Assembly: GCF_009914755.1 (NCBI RefSeq)
Contig: NC_060926.1
DNA from: the human T2T-CHM13v2.0 reference genome, Homo sapiens
Strand: one strand, 5' to 3'
DNA length: 64,000 bases
Shown here: positions 57,880 to 64,000 of the stretch, piece by piece
Layout: every line of letters begins with the position of its first letter
Position numbering within the stretch: the stretch's first letter is position 1
Notes under the pieces: generated by a model
What the model was told of the DNA's origin: nothing
Seen by the model: only the letters and a program-made list of their open reading frames with translations
Database searches by the model: none
Position numbers and translations under genes: made by a program

Positions 57880-60366
57880 AGTAGAGATACAACAAAAAAA
57901 GAAAATTTCAGGCCAAATCCCTGAGGAACGTTGATGCAAAAATCTTCAATAAGATACTGGCAAACCAAGTCCAGTAGCACATCAAAAAGCATATCCACCA
58001 CGATCAAGTCAGCTTCATCCCTGGGATTCAAGGCTGGTTCAACATATGCAAATCAACAAACGTAATTTATCACATAAACAGAACCAATGACAAAAACCAC
58101 GTGATTATCTTAATAGGTGCAGAAAAGGCTTTCGATAAAATTCAATACCCCTTCATGCTAAAAACTCTCAGTAAACTAGGTATCGATAGAACGTATCTCA
58201 AAATCCTAAGAGCTGTTTACGACAAACACACAGCCAATATCCTACTGAATGTGCAAAACCTGGAAGCATTCCCTTTGAAAACTGGCACAAGACAAGGATG
58301 CCCTCTCTCACCACTCCTATTCAACATAGTATCAGAAGTTCTGGCTAGGGCAATCAGGCAAGAGAAAGAAATAAAAAGGTATTCAAATAGGAAGAGAGGA
58401 AGTCAAACTGTCTCAATTTGAAGATGACATGATTGTATATTTAGAAAACCCCATTGTCTCAGCTCAGAATCTCCTTAAGCTGATAAGCAACATCAGCAAA
58501 GTCTCAGGATACAAAATCAATGTGCAAAAATCAAAAGTATTCCTATACACCAATAGTAGACAAACAAAGAGCCAAATCATGAGTGAATTCCCACTCACAA
58601 TTGCTACAAAGAGAATAAAATACCTAGGAATACAACTTAAAAGGGATGTGAAAGACGTCTTCAATGAGAACTACAAACCAGTCCTCAAGGAAATAAGAGA
58701 GGACAAAAACAAATGGAAAAACATTCCATGCTCACGGTTAGGAAGAATCAGTATCGCGAAAATGGCCATACTGTCCAAAGTAATTTACACATTCAATGCT
58801 ATCCCCACCAAGCTACCATAAACTTTCTTCAAATAATTAGAAAAAAACTACTTTAAAGTTCATGTGGAACCAAAAGAGAGCCCATATAGCCAAGACAATC
58901 CTAAGCAAAAAGAACAAAGCTGGAGGCATCACGCTACCTGACTTCAAACTATACAACAAGGCTACAGTAACAAAAGCAGCATGGTACTGGTACCAAAACA
59001 GATATATAGACCAATGCAACAGAACAGAGGCCTCAGAAATAATGCCACACATCTACAACCATCTGATCTGTGACAAACCTGAAAAAAACAAGCAATGGGG
59101 AAAGGATTCCCTATTTAACAAATGCTGTTGGGAAAACTGGCTAACCATATGCAGAAAACTGAAACTGGGTCCCTTCCTTATGCCTTATACAAAAATTAAC
59201 TCAAGATGGATTAAAGACTTCAACATAAGACCTAAAACCATAAAAACCCTAGAAGAAAACCTAGGCAATACCATTCAGTACATAGGCATGGGCAAAGATT
59301 TCATGATGAAAACACCAAAAGCAATGGCAACAAAAGCCAAAATTGACAAATGGGATCTAATTAAACTAAAGAGCTTCTGCACAGCAAAAGAAACTATTAT
59401 CAGAGTGAACAGGCAACCTACAGAATGGGAGACAATTTTTGCAATCTATCCGTCTGAAAAAGGGCTAATATCCAGAATCTGCAATCTACTTAAACAAATT
59501 CACAAGGAAAAAAGAAACAACTCCATCAAAAATTGGGCAAAGGTTATCAACAGACACTGCTCAAAAGAAGACATTTAAGTGGCCAACAAACATGAAAAAA
59601 AAGCTCATCATCACTGATCATTAGAGAAATGCAAATCAAAACCACAATGAGATATGATCTCACACCAGTTAGAATGGCTATCATTAAAAAGTCAGGAAAG
59701 AACAGATGCTGGCGAGGGAGTTGAGAAATAGGAATACTTTTAGACTGTTGGTGGGAGTGTAAATTAGTTCAACTATTGTGGAAGATGGTGTGGTGATTCC
59801 TCAAGGATCTAGAACCAGAAATACCATTTGACCCAGCAATCCCATTACTGAGTATATACCCAAAGGATTATAAATCATTTTACTATAAAGACACATGCAC
59901 ACATATGTTTACTGCACCACTATTCACAATAGCAAAGACTTGGAACCAACCCAAATGCCCCTCAATAATAGACTGGATAAAGCAAATACAGCACATATAC
60001 ACCATGGAATACTATGCAGTCATAAAAAAGCATGAGTTCATCTCCTTTGCAGGGACGTGGATGAAGCTGAAAACCATCTTTCTCAGCAAGCTAATACAGG
60101 AACAGAAAACCAAACACTGCATGTTCTCACTCAGAAGTGGGAGTTGAACAATGACTAGAATATAGGGAGGGGAACATCACACACCAGGGCCTGTCAAGGA
60201 CTGGGGGACGAGGGGAGGGATGGCATTAGGAGGAATACCTAATGTACATGATGGGTTGGTGGGTGCAGCAAACCACCATGACACGTGTATACATATGTAA
60301 CAAACCTGCACGTTCTGCACATGTATCCCAGAACTTAAAGTAAAATTAAAAGAAAAAAAAAAAAAA
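57880..60366 (+). mobile_element. L1PA7-8-like LINE-1, 5'-truncated within ORF2
   Basis: ORFs 58101..58421, 58429..58821, 58862..59578 and 59905..60147 are ORF2 RT/C-terminal pieces; 3' UTR ending 'atcccagaacttaaag' plus A tail. Confidence 0.95.
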
Positions 60367-61027
60367 GAAGGAGAGGTCCCGAAGAACAGAGGCCTTCTTA
60401 CCTCAATGTCTCCCACGCCTGATAAAATAACTGGCAAAGGGTAACAATAAATAAATGCGCATTAAATGGTTTTAAAAAATGAAGACTTATAAAGGAATAC
60501 TCAAATATGTTCTATTCCTAATAATTAAAAAACTGTAAGTAAACCAAATATTAATCAGTAAGAGAATGAATAAACAAATTATAGTGTATTCAAACAAAAT
60601 ATTACTCAGTAGTAAAAAGGAAAAAAATTATATATGCTACAACATGATTGATTCTCAAAAATAGTAAGTGAATGAGGAAGCCAGACACAACAGAGTACAT
60701 ATGATTCTATTTATATGAGGTTCATGAACAGACAAAACTATTATATGATGACAGAAATTAAAAAAAATATTTTATCTGGTTGTAGGGGTCGAGATTGGGA
60801 AGAGTCACAAGGGAACTTAGCGGATTTATGTAAATGGTTTTTAAAATTTCAGTATAAAACAATATAATTAAAAGGAGAAAAACTGAATAAGCCAGCAGCA
60901 ATGACAGTGGATGATAATTATAAAAATTGGAAATCATTCTGGTAGTTACATAAAAAGTACTTCCATACAGGAAATTACAAATCATTGTGGAGAAAAAGCA
61001 AAAACTTAAATTAAAAACTTAGAAACC

Positions 61028-61340
<313 letters not shown>

Positions 61341-61354
61341 AGAACTAACAAACC

Positions 61355-61725
61355 ATGGTCACAAAATGGAAACTTCAAAATTCACTAGAGCAATAATATC
61401 AATTATCTGAAATTATCTATAGATTCAATTAAAGCCTAGTCAAATGCTAGAAGTTTTTCTTTTGTGGAGATTAGCAATATCTAATTTAAAGATATATAAA
61501 TATAACATTTTGAGGATAGAAAAATGTAACAGAATAGAAACCAGATACAGACCTTCACATAAATGGTCACCAGCTTAATGACAATTGTACTACTAATACA
61601 ATACCATAAGAGAAAAGAAGATCTTTTCATTAAAAGATGCTGACTCCATTAGATATTTACTTTGGGAGAAAAACCTTGATCAGTATCACACAGTACCCAT
61701 GTAATTATCTAATGGACTAAAGAGT
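61355..61725 (+). mobile_element. Ancient L1M ORF2 fragment
   Basis: 'aaattatctatagattcaat', 'aacagaatagaaaccagatacagacc', 'atcttttcattaaaagatgctg'. Confidence 0.6.
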
Positions 61726-62839
61726 TGGATAGATTAAGAAAACTTTCTTTGCCTTTCTTCATAGTCTCCCAGTATATCTCAGTTTTAGTTCAGATTTCAG
61801 TTTGTTTCTAAAGTTTGATTCAATATCTCAGCTGCTACCCTATTCCTTGCTGTGACACTTGACATTCTCCTTTTCTTCTCTTCCTTTTTGCTGGTTATTG
61901 GATATATCCAAAAAACTTTAGTTAAATTTATCTTATTAATCTTCTTTACTGTGTTTGTATAAACTACTGGCTTTATTTAAAATAAAACTACAGACTTTAT
62001 TTAAAATAAACACATTTAAAACAACAGAATAAAAACAAGTTATTTCCCTTGCCTACACCTAACCTATGAAGACAGTGTGGAATTTAAAACCTTGAAGTAA
62101 ACAGTTATTATGTAAACTAAACAGTTTGTAATAAATAAAACATCATGAGTAAGATAAAATACTCAGTAACCTAGTGTAAGTCAAGAACTATTTAAAAAAT
62201 GAACAGTAAGGTAAAAAACGTATGCAGACATCTAGAAATGTGAAAAGGGATATTAATTCTTTTATCACAAGATTTTAAAATATAATGAAACTAATAAAGC
62301 ATAATAGAATATCATAAACCACTAAATTTGTTTTTTATGTCATAAATTCTACAAATTTTAAAACCTAGAGCTGTTTGGAAGGCTTTCTTGTAAGGGTAGG
62401 GCTTAAACTAATCTTATACGATTGAGTGGAATTTGGAGAAGGAAAATTCAGAATAAACAAAACTAAGAAAATAGCATGAGTAAAAAGCCTCTTGGGACTG
62501 AGTTTATTTATAATGTTTTCATGTCTAATATTTCTAATATTTTTATCAGTAACACTTCTTCCTGTTACCTTGACTTCATATCAGATTTGGGGAAATTATG
62601 ATGACTATCCATGAGTCTTCTCTTTAAATGTTAAAGTCAGTAAGACAAATTGAGAGTAAAGAGACATTTTTCAGAAAACAAAATTCATGTTTCAATAAAG
62701 CTCCTATCTATCCTAGACCTCCTTTTTCTTCCATCTTTTTAACAGTTATTTCTAAAATGTAAATTTTGTTAAACATTTGCTATCTTCTGTCTTAAGTTCT
62801 CTCTGGTTTATTAGAAAGAAACTAATTAAAATGAAGGCA

Positions 62840-63670
62840 GGAGGGAGAATTCCAGTTCCTTTCAAAATGGGGTAATAAGGACTAGATTTGCCATCCCACT
62901 TGAAATAACCAGAAAAACAATTATAGAACAACATTTTGCAAGCACTGTGTATCAGGCAACAAAAAACAGTGATCCCTGTGAACTGGGAAACAAGGTGAAC
63001 CCTAAGGTTGCCATAAATTGATGTCTTAATGCCTTAGAACTGACAGCCCGAGGAGACTAAGGCAGCTAAAGTTCTCAGGACAAAGTACAAAATAAGGAGG
63101 AGGTTTAAAGAGAGCAACCTGAAGATTCGCAGAGGGCACTTATCTGGTATTCCGCTCAGCACTGATTGATTAGTGCTAGTGTCTGGGGAATCCGGCTGAG
63201 GCCAGATAAATAACTTAAAAAGAGAAACAGTAGTGCCTAGAGCTCACACAGGGCAAGGAATAGGACCTGTTTCACCAAACTTACTAGAATTCTTTGGCAA
63301 TTGGAATAGAATACGCAGTAGGTTCCTTAGATTCCTGTCTCACAAGTGGGAAATCATTAGCCTTAGACTGAACACAGCTCTGGTCTCACCTGAAAAAAAT
63401 CTTAATCTTAAAAGCAAAACCCAGCATGATCACATAATTTTCAAGTAACTTAATTGCGACTCAGAAAGAAGCCTAAGAATACTTAGGAAAAACAAAAATA
63501 CACAGTGCTCAACATAGTAAAATTCACAATGCCTGGCATCCAATTAAAAAAACTTACAAACACATAAAAAAATTACAGCATAAAAGGAAGCTGGAAAATA
63601 TCACCCACAAGAGGAGAAAAATCACACAAACAACACTGACCCCTAACTAAAACAGATGTTCAAATTAGCA
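62840..63670 (+). mobile_element. Ancient L1ME-type 5' UTR
   Basis: 'ttccagttcctttcaaaatggggtaataaggactagatttgcc', 'cagtgatccctgtgaactgggaaacaaggtg', 'aaaattcacaatgcctggcatccaat'. Confidence 0.65.
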
Positions 63671-63894
63671 TGCAATCTATTCCTCCCTGTCTCCTCTGTC
63701 ATAGACTCCAGATACACATATACCAGTTTACTTAAAGTTATCCCGTAGATCACTGACTGATATTCCCTCCTCCTCATTCATTTTCTCTGCTTTCTCCTTT
63801 TCCTCATTTAAAAAAATTTTTTCTAATCTTTTACTTTGGATTTGAGTTTATTAATCTTCCTTTCCACAATGCCTAATCTGTATACAACTGTACA

Positions 63895-64000
63895 CAAACT
63901 GAGCTGCTTAAAACAAAGTATGCAAACTGATTGGCTTAAAACAATAGAAATGTATTTTCTCATGAGTCTTAGAGGCTTGAAGTCTGAAATGAAAGTGTTG
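63895..64000 (-). mobile_element. MLT1 LTR 3' part, running off the window
   Basis: 'ggcttaaaacaatagaaatgtattttctca...gaggcttgaagtctgaaat'. Confidence 0.7.

Noticed and set aside
61960-62020. ~24-bp tandem duplication (also a 15-bp one at 22450-22479)
   Set aside because: Ordinary slippage duplications with no further signal.

Overview
AT-rich, CpG-poor primate (human-like) genomic DNA dominated by interspersed repeats. I see no host protein-coding gene, tRNA, rRNA, CRISPR array or CpG island. Every recognisable ORF in the track comes from L1 ORF1/ORF2, Alu, THE1 internal sequence or the HSMAR2 transposase, and all are broken. The window holds five primate L1PA insertions (two with 5' inversions), seven Alu loci, a solo LTR2 (HERV-E), a complete THE1B element, a full-length decayed HSMAR2 mariner, MER2, MER58A, MLT1 LTRs, ancient L1M/MIR/L2 fragments and microsatellites. 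The most notable structures are: (1) two inverted L1s of different subfamily background about 5.4 kb apart that share patches of non-consensus variants, suggesting gene conversion and a possibly invertible spacer; (2) an L1 with an apparent ~107-bp 3' transduction; (3) a 26-bp copy of the local HSMAR2 sequence 2.6 kb away; (4) several fold-back or template-switch scars. I find no support for a new biological system; these are genome-dynamics signatures. Repeat subfamily names are from recalled consensus sequences, not a RepeatMasker run.
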